A program made the translations under genes and the position numbers. This document shows positions 26,096-38,182 of a DNA stretch of 64,000 bases, in pieces. The notes below the pieces were generated by a model. It saw nothing but the letters and a program-made list of their open reading frames with translations, searched no databases and had not been told where the DNA came from. Numbering within the stretch: the first letter of the stretch is position 1; the number at the start of each line of letters is the position of its first letter. Source of the stretch: Lama glama (taxonomy: Eukaryota); the NCBI GenBank assembly GCA_028534125.1, contig CM052826.1, positions 20,026,001 through 20,090,000 of the forward strand, written 5' to 3'.

Positions 26096-27225
26096 TGTAT
26101 GAGTCTCCCACTGGTGCTGTAACAAATGCCCACCAACTTGGTGGCTTGAAACAATACACACCTATTCTCTTCCAGTCGTGGAGGTTGGACGTTCCAAATT
26201 AATTTCACTGGGCTAAATTCAAGGTGTCACCAGGCTTCCTCAGAAACTCTAGGGGAGGATCTGTTTCCTTGCTTTTTCCAGCTTGTAGAGCTGCTTTCTT
26301 CACATTCCCTGGCTCCTGGCCCCTTCTTCCATCTTCAAAGCCAGCAGGGTAACATCTTGCTTTAGTGGCCACATTGCCTTCTTTTTCTGAGTCAAGTCTC
26401 CCTCTAGTTCCCTTGTTTGAGGACACCTGTCATTGCATTTAAGACCCACTGGATGATCCAGAATGATCTCCTGCCACCCCAAGTGAGTGCAGATGCCACC
26501 CACAGATTGAGGGCACAGTTTCTAACAAGCCTGCCCTCACTGCACACACCAGTCACAAGTTTGGGAGCCCCCAGCCCACCCACACTTCTGACCAACTGAC
26601 TACAAATTTGGAGGTTCTCACAACTCCCCGTTCAGGTACCATAATTTGCTAGAGTGATTCACAGAATTCAGGAAAGCGCTATTCTTATGTGGACTGTTTT
26701 ATTATACCAGACACAAGTCCAGACTAGCCAGATGAAGAGAACCATGGGGTGAGTCCCAAACACAGAGCTCCTGTGTCCTGTTCCTGTGGAATCAGGACAA
26801 GTCACCCTCCCGTCACATTCACGCATTCACCAGCCTGCAAGCTCCTCTGAGCTTTGATGTCCAGAGTTTTTATTGGGGTTTGATTAGGAAGGCACAGCCG
26901 ATCAAATCATTGGCCATGTAACTGCACTCCATCTCCAGCCCTACTCTACTTTCCAGAGGCCCGTCCCTCATTTCAGCCCCACCCTGAGCCATCTCCTCAG
27001 TCTAAACTCAGGTGTGGTCCAAGGGGGCCCCATGAAAAACAAAGACACTTCCATCATTTGATCAATTCCAAGGGTTTAGATGCTCCCTGCCAGGAGCCTG
27101 AGACAAAAACCCATAAGATTCTTTACTATACAACATCTCCCCATCTCTAAATCTTTAATCACATCTGCCAAGTCTCTGCTGCCATCTAAGAGGCAACTTT
27201 GGGTACCATTGTGCAGGCTAGCACA
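26096..27225 (-). mobile_element. MLT1-type LTR with a nested MER21-like LTR (~26480-27135)
   Basis: MLT1 motifs (gctgtaacaaatgcccaccaacttggtggcttgaaacaa...) interrupted by sequence containing ttctgaccaactgactacaaatt...caggaaagcgct. Confidence 0.6.
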
Positions 27226-28204
27226 AGCCATCACCAGCTGACAAACAGCCTCACAGGTGAGGCAGGAGCTAGAAGAGCTGCCCAGTGGCCTAAGTGCTTG
27301 GTGGGCTGAGTTAATGATGGCCTGCAGGGCTCACCTCTTCTACTCTAACTCACAACCACATGGAGACCCCTGGCCAACTGGAGGGCAACAGAGACAGGCT
27401 TACAGTCAGACCGTCTGCCGGTCAGGTCGACAGCAGACAGTCTGACTTCAAGCCCAACTGACAACCTCAACAGCGAGCGCCTGATGGGTTGGAGTGACAG
27501 ACAGGTGCACAGGTGGGTGGAAGTGGCCCCAGCATCTCTCCTGAGGATGCAGCTAAGTGAGAGCTGGCTGCAGCTGAGGCAGAAGAAAGGGTCCCCAGAG
27601 TTAAACAGAAGCCACCTCAGGATTTTCCAAAGACCTGGCTCTGGCCAGAGCAAGCCCTCTGGCCCCTGGTACCCCAGGCTCAAACACTGGGGTCCAGGGC
27701 TCAAGAGAGCAGGGTGGCTGGCCTAAAGACACTCGTTATGCTCTCTGCACTCCTTGTCAGCGCACAGACACGGATTCCTGGCCATCTGGTTCTAACCTGC
27801 CAGCATCAGGCAGACACGTGAAGACCCTGAATGAGGGGGTCAGGGTCAAGTTCCCCCCTCTCTGGCTTCTTGGCCCCAGTCCCTCCCCTCTCCAAGATCA
27901 AACCTTCTTGAGAAGAAAGAGTCCCTGGGGCCTAACCCTCATCCTGGAACAGATGTTTGGCTTTTGTTTTCCTGGAGAATCAGTCTTGCCAGGAAGATTA
28001 TATTCTAAAGGCTGACAGGTGGACAGAAAGCCTATATGTGGAGGTTTCTCCACAAGCCTGGCTGAGCCAGGTCAGCAGTCTCAAACACAGACCTCCTTTC
28101 CTGGAGACCCTGGGGGCTGAGAGAGCCTCATTAAATTGGAAAACACCTGGCATTTCCCTGGGACACAACAGCATTGCTGAAAACACCGTGATAACCCTAT
28201 AGCC

Positions 28205-29620
28205 AACAGAGTGCTGGTTCCCACAAAGATGTCCATGCCTTGATCTCACAAACCTATGAATATGTTACCTTCCATGACAAAAGGGACTTTGTAAATGTGA
28301 TGAAATTAAGGGCCTTGAGGTGGGGAGATTGTCCTGGATTATCTGGATGGACCCGATGTCATCACAAGGATCCTTAAAAGTGAAAGAGGGATGCGGGGAG
28401 ATGCAGGGAGAGAGATGTGACTACAGAATGATGAGAGAGACATGTTACAAGAAGGACCAGATTCTCTGCTGCTGGCTTTAAAGGTGGAGGAAAGGACAAC
28501 GAGCCAAGGATGTGGGCGGCCTTTGGAACTGGAAAAAGCGAGGAAAACCACCACATACTTATGAGAATGACCAACATCTGGAACGCTGACGACACCAAAT
28601 GCTGGTGAGGATGTAGAGCAACAGGAACTCTCATTCATTACTGATGGAAATGCAGAATGGTTCTCCCACTTTGAAAGATATTTTGGCATTTTCTTACCAA
28701 ACTAAACATCTTATGATATGATCCAGTAATCCAACANNNNNNNNNNNNNNNNNNNNNNNNNNNNNNNNNNNNNNNNNNNNNNNNNNNNNNNNNNNNNNNN
28801 NNNNNNNNNNNNNNNNNNNNNNNNNNNNNNNNNNNNNNNNNNNNNNNNNNNNNNNNNNNNNNNNNNNNNNNNNNNNNNNNNNNNNNNNNNNNNNNNGAAT
28901 ATTAATGATAAAAAGAAATAACTATCAAGCCATGAAGAGACATGGAGGAAACTTGAATGCACATCACTGGGTGAAAGGAGCTGATCTGAAGAGGCTGTGT
29001 ACATACTGCATGANNNNNNNNNNNNNNNNNNNNNNNNNNNNNNNNNNNNNNNNNNNNNNNNNNNNNNNNNNNNNNNNNNNNNNNNNNNNNNNNNNNNNNN
29101 NNNNNNNNNNNNNNNNNNNNNNNNNNNNNNNNNNNNNNNNNNNNNNNNNNNNNNNNNNNNNNNGTGGATATATTATACATTCGTCCAAATCCATAGAATA
29201 TATACCACCAAGAGTGAACCCTAATGTCAGTTATGGACTTTGGTTGATTATGATATGTCGATGAAGTTTCGTAAGTTGTAGCAAAGATACAGCTCTGGTG
29301 AGGGATGCTGATAAAGGTGGAGGTTGTGCCTGCGTGTGTGGGTGCAGGGGATATATGGGCAGTCTCTGCCTTCTGCTCAATTTTGCTGTGTACCTAAAAC
29401 TGCTCTTAAAAAATAGTCTTAACAACAATGAAAGGCAAGGCAACAGATGCCCCCCTCTAAGCCTTCAGAAGGATGCCGCTCTGCTGACACCTTGACTTTG
29501 CACCAGGGAGACTGGGGTCAGACTTCTGATCTCCAGAACTGGGGGATAATGAATTGATGTTGCTTTAAGCCACTAGGTTTGGGGTCATTTGTTACAGCAG
29601 CCACAGGAGACTAATACAGA
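28205..29620 (+). mobile_element. MLT1D-like LTR split by an L1 insertion (~28550-29420, two gaps)
   Basis: LTR 5' half cccacaaagatgtccatgcc... and 3' half ...gttacagcagccacaggagactaataca flank L1MC-like sequence. Confidence 0.6.
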
Positions 29621-29693
29621 TGCTTACCTGGAGCTCACCTATATCTGCCTCTAACACAGTGGCCATCTGTGGTAGTCCTTTAACATATCTTTA

Positions 29694-29823
29694 TTTGTTT
29701 GCTTGTTTTGGGCAAGGTAATTAGGTTTATTTATCTATTTTTTTTAATGTAGGGACTGGGGATTGAACCCAGGACTTCATGCATGCTAAGCATGCACTCT
29801 GCCCCTGAGCTACACACTCCCCA
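29694..29823 (-). mobile_element. tRNA-derived SINE (Vic-1-like)
   Basis: ggtaattaggtttatttat tail and gggattgaacccagg core; TSD cctttaacat(a/c)tcttta. Confidence 0.85.
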
Positions 29824-30337
29824 CCTTTAACATCTCTTTAACACATCTGTAAGAGCCTGTGACCCAGGCTGGGACCTGGGACCTTTTACCAGAGCACACC
29901 ATTTTACATTCCACCGGCAAAGCACAAGGGTTCCAATTTCTTCACATCCTCGCCAACACTTGTTATTTTCTGTTTTTTTCCTTTTTTTTTTTTTTGGATA
30001 GACATCAACCCAGTTGATGTGATAAATTGGTGAATTTTATTGCATATACATTATATTTCAATAAAATAGATTTTTAAAATAATTTTTAAAAAGAATTATA
30101 CCTGGGACAAGTGCAGACCAGCCCTGCTCAAGGAAAACAGAGGCATTTGGCCCCCCTAGTGAGGGTGAATTCCATGTTTGTGCTGTTAGGTGAGCGGACG
30201 GTTACAGTTAGAGCTCCAGCGGTGATTGCCATGCTATGGGTGTTTTAACACCCATAGGAGTTTAATAAACCTTTATGTTTATTACAGGTGATTCCAGTGT
30301 TTTTTGTTGAGTTGAGTTACTTCTAAGGGGCATATGG

Positions 30338-30640
30338 GTGATACCAACCTGGGTCTTTGGAGTCTTTAATCAATAGAAGTTGATAAGAGGCCAAATGAGA
30401 AATTCAGGCAAGGCTTTATTGGGATTCGTGCTACAGCACCAGGGAGCCAAAACAAGTAACAGGAGCCCTTGCTCATGGCCCGAGGTGGGGCGAGCTGGCT
30501 CTTTAGAAGAGGTAAGGGGCAGATGGGTGGGGTGGGCAGGAGGCGTGGTTTAGGTGGCCTGCCCACCTGCTGGTGGGGCTGTGTGCAGGGGTCATGTACG
30601 TTCCCCCACTTTTGCTCCCCGCACCTTGGACATGACAATT
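30338..30640 (-). mobile_element. ERV LTR fragment
   Basis: tgataccaacctgggtc...gagaaattcaggcaaggctttattggg, with minus-strand AATAAA. Confidence 0.55.
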
Positions 30641-30859
30641 AGCTGCTAGGAATATTCTTGCACAGATCTTATGATTCAGGTTTCCACTTCTCCTGAGTAA
30701 ATACCTGGGAGTGGGAGTGGGTCAGATAGTAGACAAGTGACTGGCTTTATAAGAAACTGCCAAAGAATTTTCCAAAGTGGTTGCACCCTTTTGCATCCCA
30801 ATACTCAGGGACGTGTCGGGGCTCTGGTTGTTTGGGGAGAACATTTTTAAGATTTAATT

Positions 30860-30992
30860 TATTTTTTGTTTTAGTTTTGGGGGAAGGTAATTAGGTTTAA
30901 TTATTTATTTCAACGGAGGTACTGGGGATTGAACCCAGGACCTCATGCATGCTAAGCATGTGCTCTGCCACGGAGCTATTACCTGCCCCCCC
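30860..30992 (-). mobile_element. tRNA-derived SINE (Vic-1-like)
   Basis: ggtaattaggttt...ggaggtactggggattgaacccaggacctcatgcatgctaagcatg. Confidence 0.85.
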
Positions 30993-32106
30993 CCACCTGT
31001 GCATTTCATTCTGTCATTTTACTCAGAAGGAAAAAAAGTAAGGAAAGTGGCCAACGAACATCGGCCTCTGGTTCACAATCTGCAGGCTGGAATGTTTAGG
31101 GGGGTCTGGAGTATTTAGGGGGCTGAAGTGGGCTAATGCCTGCAGCTTACTTTGAAATGCATGGAAAGCCAGAGAGACTGAAGTGTGGATGGATGAACAG
31201 GTTTGCAATAAAGCAAATATAGAAAATGTTGATTGTAGAATCTCGGGATGGGTTTTCATTCTAAAATTCAACTTTTCTGTACCCTTGAAAATTGTCATAA
31301 CGAAATGTTGGGGTTCGGGTTCTTTGCTGCCTTCCTGGGGTGCACAGTCGGCCAGGGAGAGGGGGAGGTGAGGAGGGACAGAAAGTGATGTGCCCACGTG
31401 GTGAGATTGGAGGTAGAATGTTCTGGAAAAGCCTGAGGACTGAGGTGGGGGAGGAAAGGGGGGCCTGCCTTGAAGACTCCAGACTCCGAGGGGGCTTGTG
31501 CTGGGAAGCAGGGGGTTGGGGGCAGAAGAGGCCCCTCCAGACGGCTCTCATTCTTTGCCAGTAGGTGTCCCCACCAACAGCCCCCTGAATGACCAGATGA
31601 CCCCACTCTCTGGGGCTGAGTCAACAAGTCAGAAGTGACCTGGGAGCCCAGCCAGGGTTTCCTGGATGGAACAGCCATATCTGTCACCCCACTTTCCAAG
31701 GAAATGGCCTTGGAACAGAGTAGCCTGTCCTTTCCAACCTCCCGTCTCCCTCCCCCCAAGTCCCAGGAAACCCCCTGTCATCCCAAGGCCTCTTGCTGGG
31801 TTGGCTAAGGTGCCTGGGGAAGGCCCCAGGGCGGGAAAGCACTCTCCTCCAGCTCTTGGCTGCCCCTTCCTTCCCTGTCCACCGTGACACCCTCACCCCC
31901 AACTCTTGCCTCTCCTATGTCCCCAGACCCACTCCCAGATGGCTTGTATGGGCGAGTTTGGCAGATGCACACAGAAAGTTCACGGTCTAGACCCGTGCTA
32001 GCCACTCACTCGCTGGGAGAGCCTGAGCGTGTGACTTGACCTCTCTGTGGCTCAGTTTCTGTGTCCATCAAGGGGAAACAGTAATAAGAACTTCACCTCC
32101 TCGGGT

Positions 32107-32460
32107 GCGGTGCTCAGCCGAACAATTGCCCTCAAAGGCGTTCCCATCCTAATCTCTGGAACCTATGAAGATATGACCTTACAGGGTGGAAAGGACCTTG
32201 CAGCTGAGATTAGGTTAAGGATCTGGAATTGGGGATATGATCTCGGATTATCCAGGTGAGCCCAATGTCGTCACAAGAGCCCTTTTAAGAGGGAGGCAGG
32301 TGGATCAGTCAGAGGAAAGGAGATAATAGAAGCAAAGTCAGAGAGAGATGGGCAGACACTACCGCGCTGACTTTGAAGATGGAGGAAGGGGCCACGAGCC
32401 AAGGAATGTGGGGGGCCTCTAGAAGCTGAAAAAGGTAAGAAAACAGATCCTCTCTAGAAT
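32107..32460 (+). mobile_element. MLT1D-like LTR fragment
   Basis: cctaatctctggaacctatgaa...gactttgaagatggaggaaggggccacgagccaaggaatg. Confidence 0.7.
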
Positions 32461-33337
32461 GTCCCAGCGCAGGCCTGGAATGCTCTCAGGAGTCCCAGGA
32501 GGGCCATCTCAGCCCCCTGATCCCTGGGGGTGTGCTGGGGCCTGGAGGGGCTGAAGGGAGTGGGCACTGGGCCTGGAGGCTCTCCAGAAGGAAGGAGGTG
32601 GACATGCCAGCCTCTGTGTTCTATACATCCTAGGCCCCTCTCCAGGCCCTCCCCACCCCTAACAACACAAAAAACAGAACCGGCCAGGCTCCAGATCCTG
32701 AGGCTCCAAGAGGCAAAGACGCAGAGCCAGCCCCTTTCCATCCCACGTGCACCTGCCCTCTTCCTGTGGACCTGCTCTTTGCATGGGTGAGGGTTGAGAA
32801 GGGGAGCACGGGGCAGGAGGCGTATGTGGCTGTGAGCTCAGGGTCCCTCCAGGAAGGTCCTGCCCTCAGGGAGCTCCAGGTCCCAGGCGAGGCCCATCTA
32901 ATGCAAGAGCTCAGGGCTGGGGTAAGGGGAATACAGAGGACTGGCTGGGGATGGGGGACTCAGAGGAGGCCCCTGGCCCGAACTCTGCAGTTAGGGAGGC
33001 CTCCATGCAAACTCTCACTGCAGGCCAGTCTGGCACCCCAGGCATGGGGAGCTGTCAGTGCAAAGGCCCTGAGGTATGAGAGAGTGGTGTGAGTTTTGTG
33101 CTCTCAGGTGCCTGGGGAATCTAGTAGGAAGTGGAGGGAGGTATCACTGGAGAGGCTGACTGGGTAAAGCCTTTGAACTCCAGGTGGGGGAGCCATGGAG
33201 GGTTGTAAGCTGGGGAAAGTTGTGGTCATGTGTCTGCCAGAGAGGGGGCTGCCACCACTGTCCAGGAGGGAGGATGGTGACTGGGGGTGGAGTCGTGGAA
33301 GAGGAGAGGCAGGACCCATGAAAAGATAAGGAATGTG

Positions 33338-33440
33338 CAGGGGTCGGGGGAAGGAGGGCAGAGCTCAGTGTTTAGCATGTCTGAGATCCTGGGTTCAATC
33401 CCTAGGACACTATTACAAATTTTGAAAAGAATTAAAAAAA
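33338..33440 (+). mobile_element. internally deleted tRNA-derived SINE
   Basis: Exact 17-bp TSD aaaagataaggaatgtg at 33321-33337 and 33441-33457; B box gggttcaatccc. Confidence 0.8.
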
Positions 33441-34206
33441 AAAAGATAAGGAATGTGGGCAGTGGGGGTGGGGACGAGGCAGGGGATGACAGGCATCCCT
33501 GTGCTCACTTTGGGGCGGCGGCAGCATCTGGGCTCACTCCGCTCGTCACACCAGCCTCCTCAATGCTCTTCCAACACACCCTGCACCACCAGCCCAGCGG
33601 CTCCAAGGCGGCAGCCATGCAGGGCCTTGCGGGCTGTTCTTTGCCTTTTGCACATGCGGTTCCCTCTGCTGGGGTCCCCAGCCCCCTCTGGTCTGTGAAG
33701 GCTGGCTCTCCCATCCCCTGCAGGGGTCCCAGCTCAAACATCAGAGAGCCTTCCTGCATCACCATTTAAACAGCACCTCTGCCAGCTCTCCTCTTATCTG
33801 CTTTATGTCTCTCCCTGGCAGTCATCGCCATCTGACATTCGACATCAGATCCAAGGGCAGAGATTTTTCTCCGGCTCATTCACCACAGCAGCCCCAAGTG
33901 CCCAAGACAGTGTCCAGCATCTCATTGAATGAATGAATGAGTGAGTGAGTGAATGATGGTGATGAAATAAAAATTCACATTTTAGGGCAAGATAAAACAA
34001 AATAAACATAATCTTTTCCTCTGCCCCTTGGCCTCCGCCCGCCCCCCCCCTCCAGTGTGCGCTATGCGGCTGCACTGGGGTAACCAGCCTCTCCAATGGC
34101 AGGGATACCCGCCCACCCGTAAAGAGCGATTTTCTTCTTCTGGAGCCGGTCATGTAACGCCTTCAAAAGTGTCATTTTTTTCTCAGTCCTGTAAGGGGGT
34201 CACGAT

Positions 34207-34755
34207 CGATACAGGAAAAAAAGGCAAGTGCGGGAGGATGGCTGTGTCCCAGGTCTCACTTGAGTCCCTGGGACGTGCTCCTCCAAGTCAGGGTCCTTGG
34301 CTTCGCGCAGGAACGAATTCAAGAGCGAGCCACCGTTGAGTAAAAGTAGGTTTACTCAGAGGTGCCCACTCCATAGACAGAGAGCGGGCCGTCCCAGAAG
34401 GCGAGAGAGAGAGTGCCCGTGAGGTGCAGTGTTGCTAATTTTTACATACCAACAAGTGGCAGGATTATTCCAACTACTTTGGGGAAGGGGCTGGGATTCC
34501 CAGGAGCTGGGCCACTGCCCACTTTTTGAAACCTTTCATGGTCAGCCTTGGAACCGTCATGGTGCCTGTGGGTGTGTCATTCACCTTGCTGGGATGTTAC
34601 AATGTGTAAAATGAAGCTCAGGGTCTGCTGGAAGTCAAATCTCCAGCCATTTCGGGCCTTAAGGTCTACTGGGAGTTGAATCTCCCGCCATCTTGGTGGT
34701 AATTGCTGTGTCATCGCTTTACTGGCTGCGCCCTGCCCCCTTCCCTCCTGTCTCA
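34207..34755 (-). mobile_element. solo ERV1 LTR with 4-bp TSD
   Basis: Minus strand begins TGAGACAGGAGG; 4-bp TSD cgat at 34203-34206 and 34756-34759; minus-strand AGTAAA at ~34351-34356. Confidence 0.75.
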
Positions 34756-35200
34756 CGATGACCCACCACTTGCCTCTTTCGGGCAGACGTCTGAGGTGGA
34801 TTTTGTGTACAACACAAATATGTCATTTCCCTTAAAGATCGTGGCTGGTGCAGAGCAGACTGGTTAGCAAACCTGGGGAGGTGCTGGGCCACACCTAATG
34901 GAAGTTCTTAGCTGAAATACTTACTTGTAATCTGCTTATATTTCAAGATTATCGTTTCTTGTGTTACCGAATATGTGGCTGAGCCTCAGGTAAAATTGAT
35001 CATGGTTAGGCGACTTGAAATGTTGGAGCAAATGTTTAGTCCTGTAAGATGAATGATTGCAATAGTGTAAACGTAGCTATGGGGAGAAGCCACAAGAAGG
35101 AACCATTCCCTGGATCATAACGGACAAATAGGATGGGTGGTCCAGAGGCTTTGGCTCCTGTTAACAGAGTCTTATTCAGTAATAGCATAATGAGGGTTCT

Positions 35201-35483
35201 TGGACATAGAAAACAAACTACGGTTACCAAAGGGGAAAGGGGGGGAGGGATAAATTAGGAGTTTGGGATTGACAGATGTACACCATTGTGTATAAAAGAA
35301 ATAAACAACAAGGACCTACCACATAGCACAGGGAACTATACTCAATTTCTTTTAGTAAGCTATATTGGAAAAGAATCTGAAAATATGTGTATTTATGTAT
35401 GTGTATGTATAACAGAATCACTTTGCTGTACACCTGAAACTAACCTTATCAACCAACTACACGTCAATAAAAAAAATTTAAAA
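35201..35483 (+). mobile_element. 5'-truncated L1 with TSD
   Basis: L1 3'UTR; degenerate 20-bp TSD at 35181-35200 and 35484-35503. Confidence 0.8.
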
Positions 35484-35589
35484 AATAGCACAGTGAGGGT
35501 CCTATCAACAAAGTCTTCTCCTGCCATGGGGCACCATGGGACAGATTGCTCATGAAAAGCCTCCCAAACTTTGGTGGACATTCAGGCTG

Positions 35590-36072
35590 AAAGAGAAAGG
35601 ATTCTAAAGTAAAGAATGTTGCCTGCTATCCAGTTCTGCAGGAATCGAGTCATTAGCCGCTGCAGTCAGTGACCTGCAGTGACCCTGTGTGGAATTCAGG
35701 GCGAAGATGAGAACGAGGCACTTTTTGCTCCGGAGAAATTGGCAGAACTGGCCCTCAGGCAGTTAGGTATTTTTCAGGAGACAATTTTAGGAAGGCAGTT
35801 TCTTGCGTCTCCCCCTACTTAGAAAAGCACTAAGACCATGAAAAAGATGTTTGTCCCTGGAGAATAGCAGGACCCTGCTACCAAGACAAGTGCTTGATTG
35901 CACGAAGCCCCTCTCCAAAATCATGTCTATACTGGCCTCCCCCTTTCCCTCTTCGGAACAGTCCTCAGAGCTCTCTCAGAGACTGTTTCCTAGGTTAGAA
36001 TCCTCCATTTGGCTTGAATCAATTTTTCCATGTCTTTCTTATATTGACTCTTGGTGAATTTTTTTCGTCGAT
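35590..36072 (+). mobile_element. probable ERV LTR
   Basis: aaagaatgttgcctgc...cctcagagctctctcagagactgtttcc...tttttcgtcgata. Confidence 0.5.
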
Positions 36073-36304
36073 AAGAGTGAGTCAGTGTGTGAACAAAGGA
36101 AACTCAGGAGATGCATGAGACTGAACACGGTGAAATCAGCAAAGACTGGGGTGATGGAAGCCAGCGGTGGTGCAGAGGTGGAGAGAGGTTTCCAGAGGGG
36201 AAACTGAGGTCTGCAGGGTGAGCAGGAGGGCCGCTGATGGGAAGGACTCGGCTTCTGTCCATCAAGCCCTCCTTTGAAACAGCTCTGCAGAAGACCGGCA
36301 GAGG

Positions 36305-36905
36305 GCGCACATGTATGTGCGCGTCTGAATGTACTTCTGTGTGTGTGTTGCCTTCGTTGTGTGTCTCTGTATGTCTGTGCATTTGTGTATGTTTCTGTGC
36401 ACTTATAAGTGTGCATACGATTATGTTGTGTGTGTGTAGCTGTGCACGTTGGGTGTGTGTCTCGTATCTGTAGCTCCCTTGTATGTGTCTGTATCTGTGC
36501 GTTTATGTTGTGTGTACCTCTGTGATTCCGTGCACCGGTGTCTGTGTGTATCCATGTGTATGTGTCGTGTGTGTGTGTGGCTTGGCGATGTCCTCTGGTC
36601 TGTATCTGTGTGTGTTGTGTAGATGTCTCTGGGTCCTGTCTATGTGCACGTGGTGCTTGTGTGGTTTTGCATCGCAAGTGCTTCTGTGGTTGGATTCTGT
36701 TGTGTCTGTGTGTCTGAATCTTTGCGTGTGTGTTGTACGGATGTCTCTGTGTGTTTGTGCTTTTCTGTTGTGTCTGTGTGTGTGTGTTGTGCATGTGTCT
36801 GTGATTCAGTTGTGCAGTGCCTGTTGGGGTGTGTGTATGTTGCTGTGGGTGATGGTGTTGCACTACTTCATGACTGTGTGCGTGTGTATCTGGGTGTCTG
36901 GGTGT
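36305..36905. repeat. degenerate (TG)-rich low-complexity tract
   Basis: About 600 bp of tgtg/tgtc/tgta. Confidence 0.9.
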
Positions 36906-37449
36906 TAGGGGTCCCCACACCCCACCTCCCTCACCCGAGTGAGTCACAGTAGCTGTCACTCAGGCCCAACCACAGTTCTTTGGAATTCCTACTTCCCCAC
37001 AGTGCTGGAGGCCTGCCAGGGAGGAGCTGATTGTGGCCCCTGGGCTTCTGGGGCCAGGGGTCCAGTGCTCTCCTCTGCAAGGGAAACTGAGGCCCATGGA
37101 GTCCGTGTAAGTCACACGTCAAGGTGGGGGATGCTGCAGGACCACTGGCCCCTCTCCGGGACCTGGGTCCTCTGGAAGAGGAGAGCGGAGCGTGGATTTC
37201 CCCTGGCTGTGAGGGGATGGGCGCCAGCTCATGATACTGAGCTTGCAAAGCCCCACTGGAGGATCTGTGGCAGCTGAAACATTTAGATAAAAATCCAGCA
37301 GTGGCCTCTCCTTCCCCTAGGGGTGATCTCCCCCAGGTTTCTGAGTCCTGCAATCTAAACCAGCTTCACCTCCGGGTACCTCCAGCCCTGCTTTCCACCA
37401 CCTAAAATTGTCACAGATTTCTGAACGTTCAACTCTGTTTTTCTGCTAA

Positions 37450-37750
37450 AACCTTGAGGACGTTACACTCACTGAAATAAGCCAGACACAAAAAGACAAA
37501 TATTGTATGATTCCACTCACAGGAGGTCCCTAGAGGAGTCAAATCCAAGAGACAGAAAGTAGGATGATGGGTGCCAGGGGCTGGGGGAGGGGGTGGGGAT
37601 TTAGCGTTTAACGGGGACAGAGTTTCAGTTTGAGAAGAGGAGAAATTTCTGGGATGGATGGTGGGGATGGTTGCACAAGAGTGGACTTACTGCCATTGAA
37701 AATGATTAAAATGGGAAATTCTGTGTTACTTATATTTTTACTACAATGAT
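37450..37750 (+). mobile_element. L1MB-like 3' end
   Basis: gaaataagccagacacaaaaagacaaatattgtatgattccac...ggggatggttgcacaa. Confidence 0.75.
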
Positions 37751-37968
37751 AACCAAAAATCTTTGTCTTCCTCTCTCTAGAGAGTTGGGGCTTTATCTTG
37801 TTTGCACATAGTAGGGACTCAATGAATGGTTGTTGAGTGAATGAAAGAGGGGAGAGGTGATTGATCTGTAGACAGCAGATGGTGAGAGAGATCCGGACAG
37901 GGGGACACAGCAAAAGAGCGTTGAAAGCCTGAAACCAGCACCTTCTCCGCTATAAATCATGCTTCAGA

Positions 37969-38182
37969 GCAGTGGTTCTCAACTGGGGGTGATTCTGCCC
38001 CCCAGAGGATATTTGCTGATGTCTGGAGACATTTTTGGAAGGGAGAGGGGTAAAAGATAGGCAACTAGGGAGCGGAGGCCAGGGACGATGCTGAACGCCC
38101 AACAATGCACAGGATAGCGCCCCCATGATGGGGAAATCACCCTGCACCAGTGTCCACAGTGCCGAAAATGAGAAACCCAGAT
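37969..38182. mobile_element. MER20-like hAT DNA transposon
   Basis: cagtggttctcaactgggggtgattctgccccccag...gagaaaccc termini. Confidence 0.75.

Noticed and set aside
36039-36959. 306-aa His/Thr-rich ORF and the opposite-strand Cys/Val-rich ORFs
   Set aside because: Artefacts of a (TG)n low-complexity tract; no splice or domain support.
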